Both the position numbers and the translations under genes were made by a program. From positions 1,302,001 through 1,366,000 of the forward strand of contig OX597821.1 of the NCBI GenBank assembly GCA_951406725.2: a stretch of 64,000 nucleotides of DNA, written 5' to 3'. Shown piece after piece: positions 40,400-54,014 of this stretch. The DNA is from Octopus vulgaris. Its lineage: Eukaryota. Below the pieces are notes generated by a model. It saw nothing but the letters and a program-made list of their open reading frames with translations, searched no databases and was not told where the DNA came from. Position 1 is the stretch's first letter; each line of letters starts with the position of its first letter.

Positions 40400-40463
40400 C
40401 TTTACTTATCAAACATACATGCACACACACACACTCTTACAATATATTTATATGCGAATGTAT

Positions 40464-40506
<43 letters not shown>

Positions 40507-40944
40507 AGGTGTTTTTGTGTGTCCATAGCATTGCAAGCGTGAAACAGATTCATGCGTGCATGAAAACTCTCTAAAACTATGACGTGGGTGGAAACAGATG
40601 AAGAAATGATAAGAAGTCTATTATTGTAAATGGAAAAAATATGTAAAGTGAATTGAAACGTAAAGACAATTGGTGTTGAAACTATAGCAGAATCGATTAG
40701 ACATTTTGTTTTATAGGAAAGAAATTCAGAACAACTTGCACAAGTGGCTTGCAGTACTTGTTGTTATCACAGTTATTGTTGTGTTATAGTTATGGGCTTT
40801 TGTTGTTGTTGTTGTTGTTGCAGTTGTGCATTTTGCAGTATTTAGCTTCATTCTCTTGTGATTTTGTTGTTGCTGTTAGAGGTAGATCGACTCGTCTATT
40901 GCAGACCTATGATAAAAATTGTTCCGATCGTGACAATCCTGTAT

Positions 40945-41345
40945 AATCTTTTTTACTCTTTTGCTTGTGTCAGTCATTTGACTGCGGCCATGCTGAAGCA
41001 CCGCCCTTTAGTCGAACAAATCGACCCCAGGACTTATTCTTTGTAAGCCTAGTACTTATTTTGTTCGTCTCTTTTGCCGAACCGCTAAGTTACGGGGACG
41101 TAAACACACAAGCATCGGGTGTCAAGCGATGTTGGGTGAGGGAGAACAAACACAGACATTCAAAAATACACACACTAATACACACACACACACACACACA
41201 TACACACACACATATACGACAGGGTTCTTTCAGTTACCGTCTAACAAATCCACTCACAAGGCTTTGATCGGCCCGGGGCTATAGTAAAAGACAAGGTGTC
41301 ACGCAGTGGGACTGAACCCGGAACAATGTGATTGGTAAGCAAGCC
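40945..41345 (-). mobile_element. Family A SINE, near full length
   Basis: cagtcatttgactgcggccatgctg...gtgggactgaacccggaac. Confidence 0.9.
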
Positions 41346-41349
41346 TTCG

Positions 41350-41394
<45 letters not shown>

Positions 41395-41398
<4 letters not shown>

Positions 41399-41615
41399 CT
41401 TTACTACCCACAAGGGCTAAACACAGACGGGACAAACAAGGACAGACGAACGGATTAAGTCGATTATATCGACCCCAGTGTGTAACTGGTACTTAATTTA
41501 TCGACCTCGAAAGGATGAAAGGCAAAGTCGACCTCGGCGGAATTTGAACTCGGAACGTGACGACAGACGAAATACAGCTACGCATTTCGCCCGGCGTGCT
41601 AACGTTTCTGCCAGC
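41395..41615 (-). mobile_element. Family B (Nin-domain-like) SINE
   Basis: gaaaggatgaaaggcaaagtcgacctcggcggaatttgaactc...ctaacgtttctgccagct. Confidence 0.9.
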
Positions 41616-41628
41616 TATATATGCGCGC

Positions 41629-41721
<93 letters not shown>

Positions 41722-41742
41722 CATACACACACATATACACAT

Positions 41743-41822
<80 letters not shown>

Positions 41823-41894
41823 GCTTGTTATATTGTTATAATGTTTTGTTATAATGTATATATATTGTTGTTTTGATAACATACAATATTACAT

Positions 41895-42292
41895 GGCGGC
41901 GAGCTGGCAGAAACGTTAGAATGCCAGGCGAAATGCTTACGTTATTTCGTCTGCCGCTACGTTCTGAGTTCAAATTCCGCCGAGGTCGACTTTGCCTTTC
42001 ATCCTTTCGGAGTCGATTAAATAAGTACCAGTTACACACTGGGCTCGATATAATCGACTTAATCCGTTTGTCTGTCCTTGTTTGTCCTCTCTGTGTTTAG
42101 CCCCTTGTGGGTTGTAAAGAAATAGGTATTTCGTCTGCTGCTACGTTCTGAGTCCAAATTCCGCCGAGGTCGTCTTAGCCTTTCATCCTTTCGGGTTCGA
42201 TATATTAAGTGCCAGTTGCGCACTGAGGTTGATCTAATCGACTGGTCCCCTCCCCCAAAATTTCCGGCCTTGTACCTAGAGTAGAAAAGTAT
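41895..42292 (+). mobile_element. Dimeric family B SINE
   Basis: Two tandem B-box plus Nin-like cores with different tails. Confidence 0.88.
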
Positions 42293-42897
42293 ATTACAAT
42301 AACCAATGTTATTGTAATATGCTTTTGCATGCATTTTAATATTACGATCATGAAATTAGTATTAGCTTATCTCACTTTTTGTCAGGGAACCTCTTGAAGC
42401 CTTTTGTGGGACCCTAGGGTTCAGGGAGGCCCCAGTAGAGAAACACTGTTCCCTATGTTTTCTTTCCCATATAAAGCAGTTGAGTGTTTGTTATTTATAG
42501 GGAAGAATTAGCTGTTAATTCTAGTTGCCTAATCGAACGCGTCTATGGCTCCCTCGTTGGCAAGTTTTAGTTTGATGTTTGTCAGGAGCGAAGAGTGATT
42601 AAAAAAATGGCGTTAATCTTGTGCAGGTGTTGATGATGATGGTAGTGATGATGATGGTGGTGGTGATGATGGTGGTGGTGATGAGGAGGAGGAGGAGGAC
42701 GACGAGAGGGATGTGAGTGACGCAAGATGTGATGGTTATGATTATGATGTTAATGATGATGACTGATGATGATGATGATGATGATGATGATGACGACGAT
42801 GATGATTATGAGGATGGTGTTGGTGGAGAGGATGGTGGTGGTAATGAACGCGGCGATGGTGGTGATGACGGTGATGGTGATGGTGATGATGATGATG

Positions 42898-42941
<44 letters not shown>

Positions 42942-43053
42942 AAGTACTGCTGCTGCTGTTGTGGCTACTACTACTACTACTACTATTAGTATTACTTCCA
43001 CTACTACTACTGCTACTGCTGCGGCTGTTGGTGCCACTACTGCTGCTGCTGCG

Positions 43054-43085
<32 letters not shown>

Positions 43086-43580
43086 AACTACTGGTGCTGC
43101 TGCTGCTGCTACTGCTGCTACTGCTGCTACCTTTACTATTATCACCACCACCCCCACCTCAACCCCCACCACTACTACCGTCACTACTAATCCTATTAAT
43201 ATAATATCAATTGTCAAACCGTTGTCCCGAACAATATTCAGAGAGGCTTGCAATGGAGACAAAATGAACGCCGCACAAACGCACAGATATCGACTAAGGG
43301 ACCACCACTTCACTACACAGTCAATTAAACATGAATACAGCGACACCTTACCCGGGTACTGAATTATCGACCCTGAAATGTGTTAAAGCTAATGTAAATC
43401 AGCCAGATTTTGAATGGAGAACAAACAATAAAATAAAACCAACACTAACCCCTCAAAACACCCAAGAAGGCGTGGAACCTTTTTCGTCAATATCACACGA
43501 ACATTACACTACCATTAGTTACTTTTTCTCTTTTTTTTTTAAAGAAATGTAATTGTTAGCAGCATTGCTATAAACCCATA

Positions 43581-44162
43581 TCCACCGCCACCACCACCAC
43601 CACCACCACCACCACCACCACCACCACCACCACCACCACCACCACCACCACCACCACCACCGCTGCCGCCGCCGCCAGCACCGTCATCACCATCACCGCC
43701 ACCACCGCCAGCAGCAGCAGCACCACCCCCACCACCACCACCACTGCCACCACCACTATCACCAACACTACCACCACCACCTCTGCCAGTACTACCACCA
43801 TCGCCACTTCATCAACTACTATCATCACTTTAACTACGACTACCTCATCTAATACCATCACCATTACAGCTGCCACCTCAACCACCACCACCACCACCAC
43901 TGGCGCCATCGCCGCCGCCACCTTAAGCACCGCTACAACCTTAACCACCACTATCACCACTGCAGCTACCACCTCGACCACCGCCTCAACCATCACCCTC
44001 ACGACCAACTTCACTAGCGTTACCATAACCACCACTAATATCTCCACCACCACCACTACTAACACCACCTCGAGCATCACCACCACCTGAACCATTACCA
44101 TCACCACGACAACCACCACCATCAACACCACAACCACCACCGCCACCACCACCGCCGCCACC

Positions 44163-44196
<34 letters not shown>

Positions 44197-44644
44197 TCAT
44201 CACCACCACCGCAGCCGCAGCCGCCAAACCACACCATCTCCACAAACACCACGAACAACAACAACAACAACACCAACGGTAATACCCACCACCACTATCA
44301 CCAACACTACCACCACCACCTCTGCCAGTACTACCACCATCGCCACTTCATCAACTACTATCATCACTTTAACTACGACTACCTCATCTAATACCATCAC
44401 CATTACAGCTGCCACCTCAACCACCACCACCACCACCACTGGCGCCATCGCCGCCGCCACCTTAAGCACCGCTACAACCTTAACCACCACTATCACCACT
44501 GCAGCTACCACCTCGACCACCGCCTCAACCATCACCCTCACGACCAACTTCACTAGCGTTACCATAACCACCACTAATATCTCCACCACCACCACTACTA
44601 ACACCACCTCGAGCATCACCACCACCTGAACCATTACCATCACC

Positions 44645-44645
<1 letters not shown>
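43581..44645. repeat. (CAC)n-derived low-complexity tract with an apparently exact ~356-bp duplication
   Basis: About 43750-44105 matches about 44289-44645; the ORF translations share an identical block. Confidence 0.9.
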
Positions 44646-44697
<52 letters not shown>

Positions 44698-44699
44698 AA

Positions 44700-44824
44700 C
44701 TCCTTAGGTTATGTATGGCTGTGGGATTGCATTTGGAAAGTTCCCCCCGAGGCACAGATCAGGGAATGGAACTCACCATCTCATGATTGTGAGCCCGAAG
44801 CCCTAACCACTGACCCATGCGCCT
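44700..44824 (-). mobile_element. Internally deleted family C SINE (head joined to tail)
   Basis: Minus strand aggcgcatgggtcagtggttagggc..gagttccattccc is joined to gtgcctcggggggaactttccaaatgcaatccca. Confidence 0.7.
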
Positions 44825-44974
44825 TCTAAAGAACGAGTAAAAGACAATATCTATTTCAATTTTGGTGAAAATTCCTTCGATATTGAACCCTGTATCTTTA
44901 CGTAAGAAGAGGTGACAGCGACAGCCCCATAGAACAGAGGAAGGCATCTACGTATGTATCTTTTATTTTTTTTA

Positions 44975-45410
44975 TCTTCGACTTCTTTCAGTCATTAGAC
45001 TGCAGCCATGCTGGGGCACCGTCTTCAATAATTTTAGTCGAATGAATCAGCCCAAATACTTATTATCATTTTGCTAAGCCTAGTACTTATTCTATCGGAC
45101 TTTTTGGCGAAGCGCTAGGTAGCAGGAACGTAAACAAACGATCACCGGTTCAAACAAACGATCACCGGTTCAAACAAACGATCACCGGAGGTGGGAGAAC
45201 AAAAACATAGACACGCACACGCACACACACACATCAATATACATATACGACAGGCTTCTTGCAGTTTCTGTTTACCAAATTCACTCACAAGACTTTACTC
45301 AGCCCCAGGCTATAGTAGAAGGGCACTTGCTCAAGGTGTCGATTAGTGGGACTGAACACGGAACCGCGTGGTCGCGAAGCTAAGTTCTTACCGCGCACAC
45401 ACAGCCCTAT
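44975..45410 (-). mobile_element. Family A SINE with an internal 20-bp triplication
   Basis: Family A motifs; aaacaaacgatcaccgg occurs three times at about 45132-45188. Confidence 0.8.
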
Positions 45411-46769
45411 GTCTATAAAAAGAGATAGCGCGTCCGTGGATGGACACGGACCATCAACTGATCGGTTAACAGCCGAACGCGCTAACTGGTATGTATAAAT
45501 TTTAATTTCAATGAAAATTCCCATCGATATCGAACCGCGCATCACTAAGTAGGCTTGAAAAGGTGCTACCGACGGCCTCACAGGAATGAGCAACGCAGCA
45601 CCGCCAGAGAAAATAACCATTAACAAAACCACAGTTAACAAGATCAGTGCCACCAATAAAAAGAAAAAAGAAAATTTTCATAAAAATTTTCCTCTCAGTC
45701 GAACCTCGCACTACAATTCAAGCAAGAAAAGGTGCTTCCGACAGCCCCACGGGGAATGCGTGAAGCAGCGGCTTAATCCATATAAATTAGTGATTGTACA
45801 TAAGCTTAAAACAAAACGGAACGAAACAAGCAAAAGAACGGTCAGAACAGAAATTAATGAAGATGGATCGACGGAAAATGAATTAATAAGCAATTAAAAG
45901 AGGCTTTCCAAGAATTTCTTTCAACAAATGGAGACCCATATATGAATACGTTAATTAACCTATTTTATTCAGGAGCCATGACACTTTAGAAGGAGAAGCT
46001 GGATTCGAACCTTGTAAAGTAAGTCACCCCTCACCCTTAATCCTGACATTAAAAAAATACAATGGAAAGACAATATGCAGAATAAAATTAGAGTGAAATA
46101 TAAAAATGAAGTGATTAAGAGGAAGTCCTATTTATTCAACCAGATAGAACGACCGAGATCTAAAATGGACAGAGAAAAAAAAATGTTATGAACGAAGAAT
46201 ATAAATGATCAGAAATATGATCATTAGAAGTCATCCTGGAAAAAGACAAAATAAAGAAAATTCTGGAAAAAAAATGGCAAATGGCGTTTCTATCGTCATT
46301 GCCGTCGCCGTTACCACAGCCGCCGCCGCCGCCGCCGCCGTTGTTGTTCTGGTCGGCCATGTTCGTGGAGGACTGTGATCAAAAGTATTCCAGCGTTATC
46401 CCATATTTGCTTTAGTCACTCGGATTGCGGCCATGCTGAGCAATCGTCTTGAAAGGCTTAAATCCACAACTTGTTTTTTTAAGCCTGTTTCGCTGACTAA
46501 AGATACGTAAAAAAGCCTTTTGTTTTCTGCAAATTTGAACCATTTCTGATATACGATCACGTGGTTACCCCATTTTGATACTGTCTCCTCTCTTGGAAGC
46601 TTATCTCTCCTTCCTCTTTCTCTCGGATCTTTGGTACCCCTAATTATCCAACTTAAAATAACTCCGCTCGATTTATCGTTAGAAATTTATTCTTCTCGGA
46701 CTCTACTATCATGGATCTATGTATAAATCACTGTTGTTGATATATATATATATATATATATATATGGGT

Positions 46770-46888
46770 GTGTATGTGTGTATGTATGTATGTATGTATG
46801 TATGTATGTATGTATGTATGTATGTATGTATATATGTATGTATGTGTGTATGTATGTATGTATGTATGTATGTATGTATGTATGTATG

Positions 46889-46922
<34 letters not shown>

Positions 46923-46940
46923 TATATGTATGTATGTATG

Positions 46941-46974
<34 letters not shown>

Positions 46975-47113
46975 TGTATGTATGTATGTATGTATGTATG
47001 TATGTATGTATGTATGTATGTATGTATGTATGTATGTATGTATGTATGTATGTATGTATGTATGTATGTATGTATGTATGTATGTATGTATGTATGTATG
47101 TATGTATGTATGT
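46770..47113. repeat. (TATG)n microsatellite
   Basis: Direct reading. Confidence 0.98.
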
Positions 47114-47220
47114 ATATAAATGTTAATAGTAATGGTAAGACAACAAAAGACTGAATGAGACGTCGATATTATGTGAAGAGAGGAATTTATATGTGACGAT
47201 TATTCGGTTGCCATGATAGG

Positions 47221-47275
47221 AGCCCGAGTTTCGGATGTCGTTGCCGACACCTGCTCCGGCATCTCGTCAGTTACC
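47221..47275 (-). ncRNA. Degenerate hammerhead motif in a PLE-like remnant (47120-47280)
   Basis: Minus strand: CTGACGA-gatgccggagcaggtgtcggcaacgacatcc-GAAA-ctcggg. Related pieces at about 10290-10420 and 17720-17820. Confidence 0.5.
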
Positions 47276-47697
47276 GAGGAGTCAATCAAAAAATCATTGC
47301 CACAGCCGTCGCCGTCACCGTTACAACCACCATCACCGTCGTTGTTGTCGCCGTCGCCGTTGCCACTGCCGCCGCCACTGCCGCCGCCGCCGCTACCGCC
47401 GCCTCTGCCGCTGCCGCCGCCCCTACCACCGCCGCTGCCGCCATCGTTGTTATTCTCGTCGGCCATGTTACGTATATACGTCGGGCTTCTTTCCGTTTCC
47501 GTTTACGAAATTCACCGACAAGGCTTTGATCGGCGCGACGCTATAGTAGAAGACACTCGACAAGTTGCCACGCAGTGGGACTGAACGTGGAACCATGTGG
47601 TCTGGAAGGAAGTTCTTTACCACAACCACAGCTGCGCACAATCATATTTTTATTATAATGTTCATAACTATATATATATTACAATATTTATATTATA

Positions 47698-47923
47698 CAG
47701 GGTGTTCAAAAAGTATCTCCGCAGTGAATTTTTTCATCCTGCTCCTCACCATGGCGCTACTTCAAGACTTTTTTGATGAACGGATTATTTCGAAGGGACT
47801 TTGACCGCCAGGTTCACCTGATTTAACTCCACCAAACTTTATTTTTCTGGGGAGCAAGTAAAGGATTAGTATACAAGAATTGTTCGCAAATACTCACTGC
47901 GGAGAGACTTTTTGAAAACTCTT
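47698..47923 (+). mobile_element. Tc1/mariner-superfamily MITE with a *PPGSPDLTPP..FWG remnant
   Basis: TIR cagggtgttcaaaaagtatctccgcagtga with TA flanks. Inverted twin at 48681-48914. Confidence 0.85.
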
Positions 47924-48024
47924 TATTATATTATATTATATTATATTATATTACGTTATATTATATCGTACATATATATATGTGTGTGTGTATGCGGTCC
48001 ATTTGTTGAACTTAGTCATTGTAG

Positions 48025-48077
<53 letters not shown>

Positions 48078-48079
<2 letters not shown>

Positions 48080-48254
48080 TGGAGGAGTGACTGTGTGGTA
48101 AGTAGCTTGCTTACCAACCACATGGTTCCGGGTTCAGTCCCACTGCATGGCACGTTAGGCAAGTGTCTTCTATTATAGCCTCGGCCCGATCAAATCCTTG
48201 TGAGTGGATTTGGTAGATGGAAACTGAAAGAAGCCCGTCGTATATATGTATACG

Positions 48255-48286
<32 letters not shown>

Positions 48287-48497
48287 TATGTGTTTGTGTT
48301 TTCCCCCTCCCAACATCACTTGACAACCGATGCTATTGCGTTTACGTCCCCGTAAGTTAGCGGTTCGGCTAAAGAGACCGATAGAATAAGTACTAAGCTT
48401 ACAAAGAATAAGTTCTGGAGTAGATTTTCTCGACTAAAGACAGTGATGCAGAATGGCCGCAGTCAAATGACTGAAACAAGTAAAAGAGTAGAAAAGA

Positions 48498-48498
<1 letters not shown>
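48078..48498 (+). mobile_element. Family A SINE, full length
   Basis: Complete head, core, (TA)n and tail. Confidence 0.92.
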
Positions 48499-48547
<49 letters not shown>

Positions 48548-48552
48548 TTATT

Positions 48553-48590
<38 letters not shown>

Positions 48591-48680
48591 AATATATATA
48601 TTTGTGTATATGTCTGGAGTATATATTGTATATGTATATATGGTTTAACGTAATATAATATAATATAATATAATATAATA

Positions 48681-48914
48681 AAGAGTTTTCAAAAAGTCTC
48701 TCCGCAGTGAGTATTTGTGGGTTTTCGAACAATTCTTGTATACTGATCCTTTACTTGCTCCCCAGAAAAATAAAGTTTGGTGGAGTTAAATCAGGTGAAC
48801 CTGGCGGTCAAAGTCCCTTCGAAATAATCCGTTCATCAAAAAAGTCTTGAAGTAGCGCCATGGTGAGGAGCAGGATGAAAAAATTCACTGCGGAGATACT
48901 TTTTGAACACCCTG
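48681..48914 (-). mobile_element. Inverted duplicate of the 47698 MITE
   Basis: Near-identical reverse complement, including shared lesions and flanks. Confidence 0.88.
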
Positions 48915-49173
48915 TATAATATAAAATGGTTTATGACTATTTAAATTTTTTCCCACTAGGCCGCTGGTGGCAAAAGAATTCTACAAAATTATTTTGCCAC
49001 CCTATATTGATTAATTATGAATTTTCTGGTTAATTCCGTAATGGAATTGGCGGCTTATATTTATTTGCTGCCGATAAATTTGGCGCGAGTGCGACGATTT
49101 GAAAATTTTAGGTCAGATATTGCCGAGGCAGGGACGAGAATGCCTCGTGAAAAATATCTGTTCCGACTTGGCT

Positions 49174-49280
49174 ATTTCTTACTGATGAATCTAAGGGCCT
49201 ATGGTAGATTGGCTTGATTTAATTCAATCAGGTTAGTTTACCATTAAACAGTAGACGAAACGGTGCATCGTATAAGAAAT
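49174..49280 (+). ncRNA. Type I hammerhead ribozyme with an expanded, branched stem II
   Basis: Stem I atttctta/taagaaat (8 bp); CTGATGA at 49182; GAAA at 49257; near-palindromic stem III acggtgcatcgt; GUA^ at 49270-49272. Confidence 0.7.
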
Positions 49281-49545
49281 TACAGGGTAAATGTTTTTTT
49301 TTTTTCTCCTGGTTTACGGAATTGATGTTATTTTGCGGTTGAAGCTTTTGGCTGTTATTTCTAGTGGGTGAATGGCCTATTATGGCCGTTCCTTGATTGT
49401 GATGTTGAACTTAAAAATGGTTTATGACTATTTAAATTTTTTCCCACTAGGCCGCTGGTGGCAAAGAATTCTACAAAATTTTTTTTGCCACTATATTGAT
49501 TAATTATATATGTATATATATATATATATATGTATGTATATGTAT

Positions 49546-49614
<69 letters not shown>

Positions 49615-49637
49615 ATATATACATATACATACACACA

Positions 49638-49670
<33 letters not shown>

Positions 49671-49674
49671 GTAT

Positions 49675-49880
49675 AACGGGAAGGTTTACGAAAATAAACA
49701 AAATACGAAAGCAGGTGGAGTATAAACAAACAAACGTATTAGTATGGTGCTGAGGAATAGAAATAGAACAAGTCTTTTACGTTTCGAGCCTACGCTCTTC
49801 GACAAAAAGATACACAAAAAAAATGAAGGAGAGAAACAAGGAGAGAAAAAAATTGCGTGTAGGAGCTAACGATCTAACAT
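49675..49880 (-). mobile_element. (TA)n-flanked PLE-like unit, sister of 34419-34627; hammerhead-like motif at 49773-49810
   Basis: Minus strand: tcttt-TTGTCGA-a-gagc-gtag-gctc-GAAA-cgTA^aaaga. Confidence 0.7.
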
Positions 49881-50497
49881 ATATATATATATATGTATAT
49901 AATGTTCTACACACAAAACCGAGATGTCAGATGCTACGTAATTCAAGCCGAATCAACAATATCGAAAGATATGTTCCACAATGTTCAGGGCGACTAATTA
50001 CCAACGGTTATAAAAAATAAATGAAGAAAAATATAATTAAAACAAGGCCAGCTGAACTCGTAAATACAATAAGTATAACAACAATAATTACAGCAAAAAT
50101 AACAACAGCGATACGAAGAACAAGAACATTAAGAATAGGATCACCATCAAGATCGATACCAATATATCGAATGCACTAATTAGTCAGCTGCCTGAATCCC
50201 CTACGCTTTGATTTTTAGTAAAAAATAAATAAATAAATCAAAAGATATACAATATAAACATAAAACAAAACAAAATGTGAATTAAAAGTAATGTAGAAGA
50301 CGAAATGAATGTAATAATGATAATAATAAATGATAACAAGATTTATTACTGTTTTGTCGCTGTGCTATTGCTGCTGCTGTTGATGTCCATAATGATGATG
50401 ATGATGATGATTGTGATAATGTAACAACAACAATAATATTATTATCATTAATAATAATAATAATAATAGTGAAAATGATGATAATAACAAGAACAAT

Positions 50498-50534
<37 letters not shown>

Positions 50535-50589
50535 GTGAAAATGATGATAATAACAAGAATAATGTTAATAATAATAATAATAATAACAA

Positions 50590-50775
50590 CAACATCGAAA
50601 AACACCCAGGAATGAGAACCCAGGCTCGAAATTTCCCCAAGACATCTGATGAAGGTTGGAGGGTATATCAGCCGAAACGTTGTGTTAACAACAAACAAGA
50701 TGAGGATAAATATCCGTCAAAATGTAAATAATGTAAATAATGTAGATAATTCCTCATCTCTTAAATATAGAACCC
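50590..50775 (+). mobile_element. (AAT)n-preceded unit with a hammerhead at 50641-50686
   Basis: gacat-CTGATGA-a-ggttg..cagcc-GAAA-cgTT^gtgtt. Sister copy at 52328-52480. Confidence 0.75.
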
Positions 50776-51369
50776 TATATTCTGTATTTGAAACATATGT
50801 AGTAAGCGTAATCATGGAGAATGCAATTTTTCTATGTTGGGTTTTTGGCAATGGATTCAAAATGCGTTCCTTGTATTTCTTTCTTATTTGACTCGGTGTT
50901 GTACGCTCAATTGGAATCTAGTTGAGAATATTATAACTTATTACTGGAACACCTATTCTCTTGATACCTACAGACGTTTTATTTAATTTTTTTTCGCTAC
51001 ATTTAACTTCACTTCAAGCATTACTCGATGATATTATTTCTTAACCTTCTCCTTCATTTGTGGGTGTGTGTTTTTTCTCTATTTAAGTCATCGATTCCTA
51101 ATTATTTGTAACTCAGTCTCTGCTTTAATTCTCTCATCTCTGTTTTATTATCTATTATGATGTTTGTGTTCTTAATTAATTTTCCACTTTTCATGGTTCC
51201 TTGGTGCATTGTTTTAATCCGAATCTCATAACAACGTTTATTGTTGTTGTTGTTATCATCATCATCATCATCGTCATCATCGTTATAGTTTCTACTTCTA
51301 ACTTCCCTTTCATCTTATTCTTACACTTGATCGTTTTCAACTTCATCGTCTGTTTTTGTCTTTCCTCCG

Positions 51370-51487
<118 letters not shown>

Positions 51488-51686
51488 GACGACGACGACG
51501 ACTACGACTAATAATAATAATAATATTAATAATAATAATAGTAATAATAATACAAAGGGTTTTTGTTTATCATCATCATCAACATCATCATCGTCAACAA
51601 CATCGTCATCATCATCATTAGTAATATTATTAATATCATAATTATGAATCTATTATTGTTCTTCTCATTTCGCTATTACTAATATT

Positions 51687-52015
51687 ATGGCTCAGTGGTT
51701 AGAGCGTCGAGCTTACGATCGTGAGGTTGTGAGCTCGAATCCCGGACTGGGCTGCGTGTTGTGTTCTTGAGCAAGGCACTTTATTTCACGTTGCTCCAGT
51801 TCACTCAGCTGTAGAAATGAGTTGTGACGTCACAGGTGCCAAGCTGTATATCGGCCTTTTCTTTCCCTTGGATAACACTGCTGGCGTGGAGAGGGGTGGC
51901 TGGTATGCATGGGCGACTGCTGGTCTTCCATAAACAACCTCGCCCGGACTTGTGTCTAGGAGGGTAACTTTCTAGGTGCAATCCCATGGTCTGTGTCGTG
52001 ACCGAAGGGGGTCTC
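51687..52015 (+). mobile_element. Family C CORE-like tRNA-SINE
   Basis: Close match to 6494-6822. Confidence 0.88.
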
Positions 52016-52024
52016 CGAAATTAA

Positions 52025-52115
<91 letters not shown>

Positions 52116-52156
52116 GTTGTTGTTGTTTTTGTTGTTGATATTATTATTATTATTAA

Positions 52157-52206
<50 letters not shown>

Positions 52207-52212
<6 letters not shown>

Positions 52213-52480
52213 TCACTGCCTGGAATCGAACTCGTAATCTTGGGGTTAGTAGGCCGAGCTCTTAACTACTACGCCATATGCCCTTGGGCTATACTGTTTG
52301 TGACCTGAATAATAATAATAATAATAATAACATCGAAAAATACCTTAGGAATGAGAACCCAGATCCGAAATTTCCCCCAAGACACCTGATGAAGGCTGGA
52401 GGGTATATCAGCCGAAACATTGTGTTAACAACAAACAAGATGAGGACAAATATCCGTCAAATGTAAATAATGCAAATAAT
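52207..52480. mobile_element. Inverted tRNA-like head plus (AAT)n plus hammerhead tail (52381-52426)
   Basis: Minus-strand A box tggcgtagtagttaag and B box gagttcgattcc end in gtgacctgaa(taa)n. The + strand restarts with gtgacctgaa(taa)n, then gacac-CTGATGA...GAAA-catt-gtgtt. Confidence 0.7.
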
Positions 52481-52954
52481 GCACAGGATATAGTGATACG
52501 TATATATATTCGTACACCCAAGAATCGAAACGACGTTCTCGAAATTGTAAGTACAAACCACATCACCATTTGGTCACCTACTCTATTTTACCTACCTACC
52601 TACCTACCTACCTACCTACCTACATACATACATACGCATACATACATACATACATACATACATACATACATACATACATACACAAATGCATGCGTATGCA
52701 CATTCATACAAGCGTAGATTGCAAACTGGAAGAATTAATACTCAGGAGCGAATACTTGATACCCTTCTGTAATGTAAAGATTCAAAATGTCAGAAATTAG
52801 CATTTAGTTTAGCAAAAACTCAAATAACATTGTAAAATGAAGGACGATCATTTATGATCTCATATCTATGTGATTGCTATTAGCCAAAAGCATTGATTTT
52901 CAAGAAGAAAATACATATATACATACACACGCACACACACACATACACACACAT

Positions 52955-52990
<36 letters not shown>

Positions 52991-53242
52991 ACACACATAT
53001 ATATATACATATATATATATTTATATACGTATATATATACATATATATATATATTTATATACGTATATATACTTATATATATATACACGCACATATATAT
53101 GTATATATATACACACACGCACACACGCACACACACATATATATATATATACACATATATACACACATGCATAAATAATACATACACGTATGTATATTTG
53201 TATATAATGGATATAATATATACACACATATATATGTAGGCA

Positions 53243-53297
<55 letters not shown>

Positions 53298-53303
53298 ATA
53301 TAT

Positions 53304-53379
<76 letters not shown>

Positions 53380-53504
53380 GTATATGCAGCTTTTATTGGC
53401 TTTTTTTCTTTCAATTACTCTAAACTTTTTAAGTCCTGTCTTTCGCTGGAGTAACTATCAAATATCTATCTGTCTATCTGTCTATTTATCTATCTCTCTG
53501 TCTG

Positions 53505-53536
<32 letters not shown>

Positions 53537-53537
53537 C

Positions 53538-53619
<82 letters not shown>

Positions 53620-53620
53620 G

Positions 53621-53668
<48 letters not shown>

Positions 53669-53669
53669 A

Positions 53670-53709
<40 letters not shown>

Positions 53710-53714
53710 TTATT

Positions 53715-53761
<47 letters not shown>

Positions 53762-53871
53762 TTTGTGTGTTTGTGCGCGCGTATATTGTTTTACTCTTTT
53801 CCTCGTTTCAGCCATGCAGCTGCGGTCACATATACCTACATATATGAAGATATATACAAATGTACATACAT

Positions 53872-53950
<79 letters not shown>

Positions 53951-53961
53951 CACACACACAT

Positions 53962-54014
<53 letters not shown>

